The position numbers and the translations under genes were made by a program. From assembly GCA_035084275.1 (NCBI GenBank), contig JAYJKW010000399.1:496001-560000 (forward strand): a stretch of DNA of 64,000 nt, read 5' to 3'. Below are positions 11,101-20,790 of this stretch, piece by piece (within the stretch, counting starts at the first letter, position 1; each line of letters opens with the position of its first letter). This DNA is from Hydrolagus colliei. Its lineage: Eukaryota. The notes beneath the pieces were generated by a model. The model did no database searches and was not told the DNA's origin. It worked only from the letters and a program-made list of their open reading frames with translations.

Positions 11101-14100
11101 CCTGACGCAGCTGGACCTTAGCAATATTACACTGGGAGATTGTGGAGTGAAGCGACTGTGTGAGGCTCTGAGGAACCCGGTGTGTAAAATACAGATACAG
11201 AGGTAAGTAACAGACTGTGTCTCCAGAGATTGTGGGTTTATGAGAGAGGGAGAGAGAGAGAGAGACTACATGAGAGTGGAAGAGGGAGAGGGTGAGATTG
11301 AGGGGGAGACTGTAAACGATAGGGGGAGAATTACATAGAATCAGTGGTGACATAGAGACAAATATAGAGTTGAAGAGAGACAGAATTGCTGAACGAGACT
11401 GATAAACAGATGAGACTCCAATAGAGACAGAGAGAGAGTCGGAGATAAAGAGTCTGAGAAACAGGTACTGAAAGACAGAGCGAGACTGAGAATGAGAGTG
11501 TAAGCGAAATAGAGAGAGAGACGCACAGAGAGAAACTGATACAGAGCCAGGAAATGAGAGAGAGACAAGGAGACTGGATGTGAGAGGGACATTGAGAGAG
11601 AGAAGCTGAGAGAGTCAATAGGGAGAGAGAGAGAGAGAAGTACGGATAGACAGAGGGAGGGAGAGAGAGAGGGTGAGACGTACGGAAACACAGAAAGAGG
11701 AAGAGAATGATAGAGACACCGAAAAAAGCCCATGAGGTGAATCCTCTCTCTCTCTCTGCCTCACTCTCTCTCACCTTCTCTACCCTCCCCTGTAAAGATC
11801 TTACAATGCGTGAATACACTATCAATATCAGTGTTCGTCTGAACGAACAAGAATTTAGTAACGATGTGTTTGTGTGTGTGTACGTTCAGTTGTCTGGCCC
11901 TGGTCCCAGCTCCTGTATATAGATGTCAATGTGTATTGTATTGTTACACTATATTCACTGTGTCTCTGTCTCTGTGTCCAGGCTGGGGGGCAATAATCTG
12001 GGAGATTCTGGAGTGAAGTCACTGTGTGAGGCTCTGAGGAACCCGGAGTGTAAAATACAGACACTGGTGTAAGTAACAGACTGTGTGAGAATATAATATC
12101 CCGAGTGTGAATTCCCCCGATATCTCAGTGTGCTATTGACACTGGCTGATAAGTTGGTATCAGCTGAATATTGTGTCAGGAATCAGTGTGACAGTGTGAG
12201 GCCATCAGCCATCACAGTGATCACACACTGAACATGGATTAGCAATGAAACTGCTCTCTCCCCCCCAGCAGCTCAGTCTTTCCATCATTCCCTCACGCCC
12301 TCCTTGTTCCTTCACTCTCTCCCACCCTCCTTCTCCCTCCATAGCTCCCACCCACCCTCCCTCCGTCACTCTCTCTCCCTCCCTCAGCTCACTCCCTCCC
12401 TGTCCATTTAACCATCTACTCCCTCTTTCCCTGCCTCCGTAGCGCATTATACTCCCTCCCTTCCTCCTGTCCCACTCCCCCTTCCTCCCTCATGCTCCCA
12501 TTCCCTCCCTCCTTCCCACTGTCACATCCTCCCTCCCTAGCTCCTTAGCTCTCTTTCTTCCTCCCTCTCTCCCTCCTTTCGTCCTGTATTCACTCAATCC
12601 CCCTGGTGCCTCCCTATCAAAGCTCCCTCCCTCCCTCTCTCCCTTCATGACTCCCTACCTCGCACCATCCCACAGTTCCCTCCTTAGTTCCCTCCAGTGG
12701 TTCGCTCCACCCTCCTTCCCTCCTTCCCTTTCCGTCTCCTCCTCACTCTCCGCCAGCTTACTCCCTCTCTCCATCACTCTTTCTTCCTCCATCTCCCCGT
12801 TTCTCCCTACACCGTCACACATCCTGCCTCACTCACTCTGTCACTCTACAGCTTCTTCACTCCCCAGCCTACTCATGACCCCAGCTCACTCCCCCTTCCC
12901 CAGCACCCACCCTCTCCTAGCTCCCTCCCTCCGTACCTCCCCCAGCTACCTTCCTCACTCAGGTCCCTCTCTCCCTCCCACTCCCCACTTTCTCCTTCCC
13001 TTGCCAGTTTTCCATCCCCCAGCTCACCCGCTCCCTCTGTACCCCAGCTTCTCCTTCTGTACCCTAGATTACTCCCGCTCCCTCCCTCTCTATCTCCCCT
13101 TCCTCCTTAAATCTCTCCCTCCATCGCTGTTTCCCTTCGTCCCTCCACAGCCCCCTACTTCCTGCCTCACTTTCTCCCTCCCTCAATCTCTCCTTTCCTC
13201 ACTCCCCAGCTCATTCACTCCCTCCCCCAGCTCTCTGCCTAACCCAGCTCACTCACTACCTCCTATTCTCTCTCCATGCCTCTCTACCCAAGCTTTCTCC
13301 CATCCTTCCCCAGCTCCCACGCTCTCTCACTCTCGAGCTCCCTCCCCGAGCTTTCTTCCATTCTCCCCGCCCGAAGTGCCTCTCTAGCTCCCCCAGCTCT
13401 CTCCTTCCAATTCTCTACCCGCTCCCCTTCTCCCTACACAGCTCACATTCCCTTCTTCCCTCTTTCCCACCCCAGGTCATTCCCTCCTTTGCATTCTCTC
13501 TCCCCACTCTCTCTCCCTACCGAGCTCACTCCCTTTCCTCCCGTCTCTCTCCCTAGCCCAGCTCCCCATATCCATCCCTAACCGATCTCACTCCCTCGCT
13601 CTCCCCCCTTTCTCTCTAACACTGCTCACTCCCTACCTCCCTCACTCTGTACTCCGCATCTAGCTTCCTCCCCAGTACCCTCCATCTCGCAGCACCCTCC
13701 CTGCCACATCTCTCTCACTCCCTAACCCAGCTCATTCCCCCTCCCTCTCTGTCTCTCTCCCCCTCCTCTCTTACTCTCTCCCTCCATCACTCTATCCCTC
13801 CCCAGCTCGCTCCCTCCCCCAGTCTGTCACACCCCCAGCTTCCTCGCTACCTCAGCTCGGTCCATCCCTCCCTCACTTCTATACCTTCCCTTCCTCACTC
13901 CCTCCCTTCCCCCAGATCATCCCCAGCGCCCTCCCTCCCTCCCGACCTCCAAACCCGCCATCATTCTGCTCTCAGCCACCTCCCCACCACCACAGTCTGA
14001 GACACTGTCTGTCCAGCGCATTGGGACGTCCTCCCCACATGTCATATTGTTGTTGTTGTTGTTGATCCCTGTCATGTTTCTGTGTCTCTGATCTCCAGGC

Positions 14101-14551
14101 TGCACAGTAACAATCTGACCGATGGCTGCACTGATGATCTGGTCTCCGCTCTCAGTACAAGCCGCTCACTGAGGGGGCTGAGCCTGGGGTCTAACTCCTT
14201 CACAGACGCCTCTGTCCCCGCTCTCCGCCGCCTAATACTGACCTGCACCAGCCTGGAGCTGATCTGGTGAGTGTTTGTGTCAGTGTTTAATGTGATAAAC
14301 ACACAGAGAACGGGGCTGGTTATCGGGATGGAAACAGTTTGAGGGGATTTATTGATTGATTAACCTGCGATTGAAGAGTTTCCAGTTTATATTGTGATCA
14401 GATGGTTATTTGCTGTTTAATGTGTTTCAGGCTTGAGAGGAATCAGTTCAGTTCAGACGGACAGAGGCAGCTGACGTCACTGGGGAAATCCAGAGCTTGG
14501 CTGACAGTGTGTGTCATTGCGCTGGAAGAATTTTTGAGACATTTTTGGTAG
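248..14551 (+). CDS. 3' (LRR-encoding) part of an NLR-family gene (NACHT/LRR protein, NLRP/NLRC3-like; RI-type LRRs); 5' exons including NACHT lie upstream of the window
   Basis: Series of AG..GT-bounded 87/171/168-nt phase 2-2 exons encoding [28 protein letters not shown] and LxxNxLTDGCxxDLxSALS repeats. They end in a terminal exon ([17 protein letters not shown]...) with TAG at 14549-14551. No NACHT exon is in the window, so NLR identity is inferred from LRR type and exon architecture. Confidence 0.8.
630..1690. repeat. TG-rich low-complexity / degenerate (TG)n microsatellite
   Basis: Continuous imperfect tgtg runs; source of spurious H/T- and C/V-rich ORFs. Confidence 0.9.
1835..2075 (-). 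mobile_element. Degenerate tRNA-derived SINE with L2-like tail (minus strand), head-to-head with the SINE at 2098
   Basis: aatccttgca..aaagcgcttcaca..gtgggcgaaatgcggtagc..ggagtaaggaaac, as in other copies (e.g. 50050-50375). Confidence 0.6.
2098..2390 (+). mobile_element. tRNA-derived SINE (A-box agctcagtgggtagagc; L2-like 3' tail); paralogous copies at about 7422-7720 and 10538-10835
   Basis: tRNA-like head and tail aagcgctcggagac...atcaatgcaaggattattatt. Confidence 0.7.
2599..2769 (+). pseudogene. NLR LRR exon, 171 nt, with mutated splice donor (pseudo-exon)
   Basis: ctccag|[58 protein letters not shown]. The donor reads GAAAGT where the paralogous exons (8087, 11203) read GTAAGT. Confidence 0.75.
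3566..3652 (+). CDS. NLR LRR exon, 87 nt ([29 protein letters not shown])
   Basis: tatccag|G ... GG|gtaagt, open frame. Confidence 0.85.
4687..4857 (+). CDS. NLR LRR exon, 171 nt ([57 protein letters not shown])
   Basis: atgcag|C ... GG|gtaagt; matches ORF 4670-4861. Confidence 0.88.
4880..5405 (+). mobile_element. LINE-2 (L2) ORF2 C-terminal fragment
   Basis: [62 protein letters not shown]; absent at the equivalent position of the other tandem units. Confidence 0.9.
6292..6776 (+). mobile_element. Young 5'-truncated CR1 LINE 3' end with (ATTCTATG)3 tail and TATGATAG target-site duplication
   Basis: [57 protein letters not shown]; TATGATAG at 6284-6291 and 6769-6776; empty site at about 9857. 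Confidence 0.93.
7370..7436 (+). pseudogene. Truncated 87-nt-type LRR exon fused to a SINE head; in-frame TAG
   Basis: tatccag|[18 protein letters not shown] then QLSG* (TAG 7434-7436) from SINE sequence gctcagtggttag. Confidence 0.75.
7916..8086 (+). CDS. NLR LRR exon, 171 nt ([57 protein letters not shown])
   Basis: ctccag|G ... AG|gtaagt; open frame but degenerate LRR consensus. Confidence 0.75.
8869..8955 (+). CDS. NLR LRR exon, 87 nt ([29 protein letters not shown])
   Basis: ctccag|C ... GA|gtaagt, open frame. Confidence 0.85.
10486..10552 (+). pseudogene. Truncated 87-nt-type LRR exon fused to a SINE head; in-frame TAG (duplicate of 7370-7436)
   Basis: gtccag|[22 protein letters not shown] (TAG 10550-10552). 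Confidence 0.75.
11032..11202 (+). CDS. NLR LRR exon, 171 nt (near-identical duplicate of 7916-8086)
   Basis: ctccag|G ... AG|gtaagt; ORF 10970-11206. Confidence 0.75.
11982..12068 (+). CDS. NLR LRR exon, 87 nt ([29 protein letters not shown])
   Basis: gtccag|G ... GT|gtaagt, open frame. Confidence 0.85.
12250..13930. repeat. 1.7-kb polypyrimidine (CT-rich) low-complexity tract
   Basis: Strongly C/T-dominated + strand with recurring ccccagctc motifs. Confidence 0.9.
14099..14266 (+). CDS. NLR penultimate LRR exon, 168 nt ([56 protein letters not shown])
   Basis: ctccag|G ... TG|gtgagt; ORF 14082-14270. Confidence 0.88.
14431..14551 (+). CDS. NLR terminal coding exon ([39 protein letters not shown])
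   Basis: tgtttcag|G, same phase as preceding exons, TAG 14549-14551; ATTAAA candidate polyA signal at 14608-14613. Confidence 0.8.
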
Positions 14552-14651
14552 TGATGTCCACACAGTGTGTGATATGTAATATGTTCTGTACACTGTAGTG
14601 ACTGGTTATTAAAGATGTCATTCCTGATCCCTCTCCCATCAGCCTGTCCAC

Positions 14652-14682
<31 letters not shown>

Positions 14683-14799
14683 AGCACCAAACACACAGTC
14701 ACTACACTGTAGCCGCCCCGGAAACACACAGTCACTACACTTCAAGGGGGTTAAACACGCCAAAGTCCGGGATTATTATTATTATTATTATTATTATTA

Positions 14800-15340
14800 T
14801 ACCCGTGGCCTCTTTACCTCAGACACGATTTGGCGCCCAAACCGAAGCCGCAAGCGCGTGGGAAATGTCGGGAAAGCGGTTGGCTGCGAGCGCAGCCCCA
14901 AAACGCCGCCCCCCTCCCCCCCCCACCCACCACCTCGAGCGCTGACAGTTTTGCGCCTTTTTTTGCATTAAAAAAAACTCCCGGTACAAACAGCGCGAGG
15001 CGGCTCAGTGCAGGAGGCGACGCAAGAGTACGGATCAGCTCCTTGTGTACAGGAGGGTCACGTGGGGGGTGTGGGGGCTGGTGAGTGGACAGGCGGGTCA
15101 CGTGGCGTTTCATTACCAGCTGGAAAATCATCTTTTTATACAGACAGACGCCGGACTGGCGGGTCACGTGGGGGAAAAGGGGGCTGGCGGGTCACGTAGT
15201 GGGGGCGCGGCTAGCCGATCACGTGGTGGGGGCGGGGATTGTGGATCACGTGGGGGGAGAGGGATCTGGTGGATCACGTGGCGGAAGTGAAAGGAGGCTG
15301 ACTAGTCACGAGTTAGGGGGAGAAGGGGCGGAGTGAGGGC
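14800..15340. promoter_or_regulatory. CpG-rich promoter-like element with six TCACGTG E-boxes, GC boxes and an ETS site
   Basis: CACGTG at 15059, 15099, 15165, 15220, 15247, 15275; variants at 15193 and 15307; CGGAAGTG 15282-15289; GGGGCGGGG about 15229. Confidence 0.5.
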
Positions 15341-16798
15341 AATGGGGAGGGTGGGGGGCGGGGGGGAGTGTTCAATTATCTCCTCTCTCCCCCTCCATCC
15401 TCTGCTCCACTCCCATCTTCCCCCTCAAACCTCCACATCACTTGCTTCCTGTCTCCCGACTCGTTCTCACTCTCTCTCTCTGTTTCTCTCCCTTGATCAT
15501 AGACCTACTTTCTCACCGTCTCTATCTCAGACTCTTCTCCCCCTATGTCTCTGACCCTAAACATACCGTTACTATTCTGTAACATCCACCACACACACAA
15601 TCACTACCCTTTACACTCCCACAAACACACAGTCACTTCACTTTACACCAAACACCAAGTGTAAATACACTTTACCCTCTCCTCTCCAAACACATAGTCA
15701 CTAAACTTTACCCAGGTGTGTTTGTAAACACCTGTAGGATGAGTTGGAGTCACAAATATATCTGATGCTTTGTAGTCTTTGTCGTCTCAAATTGTAGTCT
15801 TATTATGTTGTCTCATAAGTGTAGACATAAGATGTCCCCCCCGACGTGATAGACATTCTAGGAATCTCATAGTGTTGTTGGAGTTAGTGCTCACTGCCCA
15901 TGTTTCCACAACAGTGACAATGTGTGTAAAAGCATTTCCACAGCACCTTTCACATCTGGAGAGCCTCCCATAGTGCTGGGCAGTGAAGGTTTGAGCCTTA
16001 ATTTGAGGTTGGATTCAGAGTGGTGGTGCGGGGGGGGGGGGGGGGGGGGGGGGGCGGGGGGCAGACATGAAAAAGTCAAGCGACAGATCTCTGAAACAAG
16101 CCTCTTTACTCACTTGAGTGTTTTGCTATGTTTTAATCCGCAAAGGTCAGTGGCCAGTACCAGGATATACAAAGGGAGGGAAGGACATCCTTTCTGTCCG
16201 TTTTCTCTTTCTTTTGTCACATCTTTCACACTCACTGCTGTCTTATCAACATTCACAACATTTTCATCTTCACTCTGACACATACATATTTTTCATTTAC
16301 CTTTATTACTCATTCGAAAAATGAGGGTTGGAATGGTTTCCATTAAAACAAACTACAGCCATGACACCCGCACACATCGTCCTGACATGAAAGGCAGGAT
16401 ACCAATGTAATTTGTTATTGTGGAGACAAGAACCACTTGCACTTGTATTGCGTCCTCCACGCAGCAGCTCAGGGCTTGAAACATGGCCAGTGTGAAAGAG
16501 ACAGGCGAAAGAGAGGTTGAGGCATCAGGCACTGGTTCATTGCAGTCTGTAAGGTAGAGACGGCTCTCCCAGCCCAGGCCAGACTTCACCAGGTTATATT
16601 ACATCTCATGTCAGGCTGGCAGGCAGTCGCTTCTGACAGGGTGAGCCAGGCAGTGATCAGCGTTGGCCTCTGTGGCTGGTGGAGCAGAATGCCGACTGAT
16701 GGCCGGGCTAACTCGGCCACATCCTGGGCAAATAACTCCCCTCGACAAGAGAGAAATAGAGAATGTTGCAAATGGACAGGTTCCTTCTGTTCCAGGGC

Positions 16799-16884
16799 TC
16801 AGAGGAAGCTGCGGACTCCACCCATTATTCCTGGATTGTAGTTACACAGGAAAAGCAGCTCCTGTTTCCTCTCCTCTGTGTGAG
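16799..16884 (-). CDS. DAP3: DAP3 last coding exon (AHTEERKQELLFLCNYNPGIMGGVRSFL*)
   Basis: ccacag|CT..., TGA at 16801-16799; candidate AATAAA (minus strand) at 16302-16307. Confidence 0.88.
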
Positions 16885-17133
16885 CTGTGGGCGCGAGGAA
16901 AGGCAGTCAGATAATTAGTCTGTGAGGTGGCGGAATGAATCCCAACAATCCCAGCTCTCTGCACTGTACAATAGTATTACACAAGGCTTCTCTGATTGTG
17001 GTTTTCAAAGTTCGGAGAACCTTTGCATCAAGTAAATGGGGGGAAACTACTGACTGGTGACAAATGAACCAGAGAGGAGACAAGGAGTAAATAGCTTTGT
17101 CCCCCAACTCCACAATAATCCCTCCCTCCGTAC

Positions 17134-17251
17134 CTTTCTCATGCTGGATCCACTTGCATTCCACATAGAACTGATAGCAGCTTTCAAACTCCTTCTCACT
17201 GTAATTCCCAACTTCGATTGCAACAAAAGGGTCCAAAGTGTCAAAGCTTTC
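17134..17251 (-). CDS. DAP3: DAP3 exon ([39 protein letters not shown])
   Basis: ctgcag| ... G|gtacgg, 118 nt. Confidence 0.92.
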
Positions 17252-17821
17252 CTGCAGAGGTTAGGAGTGTGATGGGGGGAGAGAAAGGAGAGAGATAGAG
17301 GGTAACCGTGTCAGTCATGAGCAGAAGACGCAACAGTAACAAAATACATGTGCACAATGTGTTTAATGTCCGGAGGACATCTCAAGACTCTGATGTCACG
17401 TTATGGTCGCGAACCGGATAGCAGGGAAGGTGACCGAAGTCACAGTCAAAGAGCAGGGTCTTCAGACGTGTCTTGAAGGAGGCGAGGCAGAGGAACTATG
17501 GGATGGAGGGAGCGAGGCGGAGGGTTTGTGAGATGGAGGGAATGAGGCAGAAGAACTGTGGTTTGGAGATGGCGAGGCAGAGGGCCTCCAGGATGGAGTT
17601 CTAAAGTGTAGGGCACAGGGATGGAACTGTGACAAGAGATGAAGTACAGGGATCTGATGAGATGTAGCCCAGTGACTGGCTCCATGGCATTACCGATTAA
17701 CGATGTTTGAAAGCGACTGGATTTGCAATAACATCCCTTAGGCCTCCCACTGCGAGTGAGTAGCTGGGCTCTCAGGGAGGTTTGGGAGGAGCTTCAGTCA
17801 ATCCGGGCACATAATGCTCAC

Positions 17822-17911
17822 CTTTCTAAGCAGATGGTGGGGTAGATGAGACAAGTGGGAGGAACCCAATGACCCATTCTTGGTCAGTGTCATCAGCACA
17901 GCTCCAGCGCA
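17822..17911 (-). CDS. DAP3: DAP3 exon (CAGAVLMTLTKNGSLGSSHLSHLPHHLLRK)
   Basis: ctgcag| ... |gtgagc, 90 nt; aligns to HGGAIV..LSQTGSL..YLPQELLGK. Confidence 0.8.
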
Positions 17912-18192
17912 CTGCAGCAGGTAACACACGGGTTAGAATAGAATAATAAGCCTTACATTTGACGCACCACCTAATCACTTTCAAACGTCTCAAAGCGCTT
18001 CACAGGATTTACTGTAAAGTGATTTGCCTGTATATTTGATGGGCAGACACACAGTGCGCCAAAATGATGTGGACACATGCATACCTACACGCGTACATAC
18101 ACACCACACACACACATTCACGTACACACACAGAGCATTGGTGCAGGGAGTGTGTGGTGCTGTAGGGAGAGGCTACTCTCTCAGACTCTCAC

Positions 18193-18210
18193 CCAGTCAT
18201 TGTTCATCAG
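18193..18210 (-). pseudogene. DAP3: Remnant 3' end of a DAP3 exon (LMNNDW|gtgaga); 5' part replaced by an LTR-like insert
   Basis: Matches the MMKNDW exon end of vertebrate DAP3; the preceding PEEL..HNLRK segment was not found between 18211 and 19079. Confidence 0.7.
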
Positions 18211-18617
18211 TGTGAGAATGTTGCAGTTTTGGGTGTGACTCTGTAACAACACGTTTGTGTTTATCTGGCAGTCCAGATTGATTTAGACCAGATCAGAAGC
18301 TTGTGACCAGATAATGTGCATTGTAGAAACATAGCATGTGTGTGTGACCATTGGATAACGCTCCTAATATGGGAATGTTGGTTGGGCAAGACTGTCTTAA
18401 CTGATTGGGTCCTGTAGGACAAAGAAATCGAACTGAGTATATATGTGTTGGCTGTGCTCCAAGATTCAACTGTTCGAACTAACAAGTAACTATTCGAATC
18501 ACAAGAGGAGTGCCTGCACTATAACTGGGATGTGGTACTGACTAAAAAGATCATAAAACTCTGAGATGACTGAAGATCGTTTCTTTGAGAAAACAACCAT
18601 TTCTTCCGAATCCAACA
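18211..18617 (+). mobile_element. LTR-like element (TGT...CAACA) inserted in the DAP3 exon
   Basis: Starts TGTGAG exactly at the exon break and ends CCAACA. Internal ATTGG x2 (18350, 18404) and TATATAT (18438). Followed by a possible degenerate PBS (acgagcgactag). No TSD visible. Confidence 0.45.
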
Positions 18618-18759
18618 ACGAGCGACTAGTCAGTTGAGTGGAGGTAGTGGGTTGGGTGAGTAAGCAGGTCGGAGAGGTAGCGAGATGCCAGGGCATGAAA
18701 ATAATTTAAAATGAGGGAGATGATCTTCAAGTAGATCCATTTGATGACATAATTTAGTA

Positions 18760-19045
18760 TGTGATAGGGAGCCAGGGGAGCCTGGCGAGGGCTGGGGTGA
18801 TGGAAGGGGAGAGAGTTTATTGTGTTATAGGGAGCCAGGGGAGCCTGGCGAGGGCTGGGGTGATGGGTGAGAGAGTTTAGTGTGTGATAGAGAGCCATGG
18901 GAGACTGGCGAGGGCTGGGATGATGGAGTGGGAGAGAGTTTTGTGAGTGATAGGGAGCCAGGGGAGCCTGGCGAGGGCTGGGGAGATGGGGGGGGAGAGA
19001 GTGTAGTGTGTGATAGGGAAGCCAGGGGAGCCTGGCGACGGCTGG
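18760..19045. repeat. Minisatellite, about 60-bp unit x5
   Basis: gatagggagccaggggagcctggcgagggctggggtgatgg repeated. Confidence 0.9.
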
Positions 19046-19079
19046 AACAAGAATGGGAATCAGGAATGTGAGGCAATAC

Positions 19080-19238
19080 CTGGCTCCTATTCTCCTTCCT
19101 CATGGTGGTGGGTCCCCAGAGGGCATTGGCCCCGTCAATGGCCACCAGCAGGCGGTAGGTGTCTGGCGAGCTCTGTCCCTTCAGTTCCTTGAACAGGACT
19201 CCGACTGGATCACTCGCACTCTTTACCCTCGTCAGTCC
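19080..19238 (-). CDS. DAP3: DAP3 exon (GLTRVKSASDPVGVLFKELKGQSSPDTYRLLVAIDGANALWGPTTMRKENRSQ)
   Basis: ctgcag| ... |gtattg, 159 nt. Confidence 0.92.
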
Positions 19239-19919
19239 CTGCAGCGAGAAGTCAGATCAACCACAACACACACAGACACACAAACAATAACTCAATCATC
19301 TCACCCTCCTGGCACCAGTGAAGGCATCTACGAATGCACTTGATCTGACGCTTAGAACATCAAAACATCTCAAAGTGCTTTCAAGGGAATTGCTGTCATC
19401 AGGTGGACATTTGTTTTCAAATAAGCAAATGCAGTAACCAGTTGTGAAGTGAATGAGCAATTTATTTAGGGAATTGTCAGTCAGGACACAGGGAGAGAGA
19501 GATAGAGACACATCCTTCTCTTTACCGACACTGTCATGGGAGATCATTTAACTTCTGACAGGGAGCGAGGTTTAACATATCAACCAAAGGACACAGCCAC
19601 CCCCAATAAGGCTCTCTCTCCCACCAGCATCAGCCTAGGGTATGAGCTCAGAATCCCCAGCGTTGACCTCAGAGGCCAGAGCTTAAGTGACTGAGCCAAG
19701 CAACAGGAAAATTACATTTGTAGAGCGCCATTCATATTGGTAGCACGTCCCAAGGATCTGGACAGTCAGGGGTCAGGAATTGAGCATGGGGTGGGGGGGC
19801 GGGGGGGGGCGGGGGACGACCTAAGGAGACCGTTTTCTAGCCCCCCCCCCCCCCCCCCCCCCCACCTTGACCCCCCATGTGGTTCTGATGATTCAGAGTG
19901 AAACCCCTCACCCAGTTAC

Positions 19920-20001
19920 CTGCTCCACCACTTCGCCGAGCGGCCTCCCCTCCTCCGTTGCCTCCCGCTTGCTCCAGATGTAACTTTTGCTGGATTTTTA
20001 G
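19920..20001 (-). pseudogene. DAP3: DAP3 exon with +1 frameshift (LKIQQ / YIWSKREATEEGRPLGEVVEQ)
   Basis: 82 nt between two phase-0 junctions; extra base in CAGCAAAAGTTACATC (about 19981-19988). Confidence 0.85.
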
Positions 20002-20242
20002 CTGTTCAGATAAAACTTGAATTGGATGTTGCTTCAGTTGCTTCAACGAGATGTTCAATCGTGGAGAAGTTTTAATTCCCTGTTAATTTAGAAGTTGTTG
20101 TATAACGATAAGAATGGATACGAAGGAAGTCCCACCAATCCGGAGTCCTGAAACGGGCCTAAAAGGAGTCAAGGGAATGTGGGCTGGAGGTCTGACATGT
20201 GGGGTCATGGTTACTGGACAAAAACAACTATTTTGTTATTAC

Positions 20243-20373
20243 CTCCTTTAAGAAGCGCTCGTTTGTAATCTTGAAATTCTTGAGCCAGACGGAGGCCTCT
20301 ATGGGCTGGTGAAATCGAGCTGGATTGTAGGCCGACTGGAGCAGCTCTTTACAGCTTTTCACCCATACGTAAG
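20243..20373 (-). CDS. DAP3: DAP3 exon ([44 protein letters not shown])
   Basis: tgacag| ... |gtaata, 131 nt. Confidence 0.92.
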
Positions 20374-20414
20374 CTGTCACATGGGGAAAAATACAACACA
20401 ATTACTGATGCTGA

Positions 20415-20790
20415 GCCTCACCCTTGTTTTCAAATCCTTCCACTCCTCTGCATCCCCCTACCTCTCTGACCTCCTCTCTCCTCAAAGCAGCTCCCGTTGA
20501 CTTCGCTCCACTGGGTCTGGCCTCCTCCATGTCCCTCGAATCCGCCGCGCTACCCTCGGTGGCCGTGCCTTAAACCACTATGCCCCAAGGCTCTGCAATT
20601 CCTTCCTCAGTACCGTCGCCTCGCCCCCTCTTTTCTCAGTTTCAGGCCGCAGCTGAAGACCTTTCTCTTCGACCGCACCTTTGGTCACCTTTCTACCCCT
20701 GCCCCTGGCTCGGTCCTGGGATCCACTATTGTGAAGCGCTCTGAGACGCCGTCCAGCATAGAGGGCGCTGTATAAATCAAAGTTGTTGTG
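20415..20790 (+). mobile_element. L2 LINE 3' end fragment
   Basis: LTLVFKSFHSSASPYLSDLL..; tail aagcgctctgagacg..gggcgctgtataaatcaaagttgttg. Confidence 0.85.

Larger units (their letters stand above)
5407..12270 (+). repeat. Tandem segmental duplication, about 3.1-kb unit (starts at about 5407, 8972 and 12086); an older related copy spans about 60-3670
   Basis: gtgagaatata..gtgaattcccccgatatctcagtgtg recurs at 5407/8972/12086; introns, SINE and exons are collinear between units. Confidence 0.9.

Noticed and set aside
132-11981. Regularly recurring conserved 120-bp block resembling a repeat-spacer array
   Set aside because: It is the intron 3' end duplicated with each 87-nt LRR exon; eukaryotic context, not CRISPR
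12647-13581. 246-aa P/S/L-rich ORF and overlapping ORFs
   Set aside because: By-product of the polypyrimidine tract, which is depleted of stop codons
14431-16884. Functional coupling between the NLR and DAP3 (both linked to cell death)
   Set aside because: Only adjacency supports it; the DAP3 copy appears disabled and the genes are convergent with no shared exons
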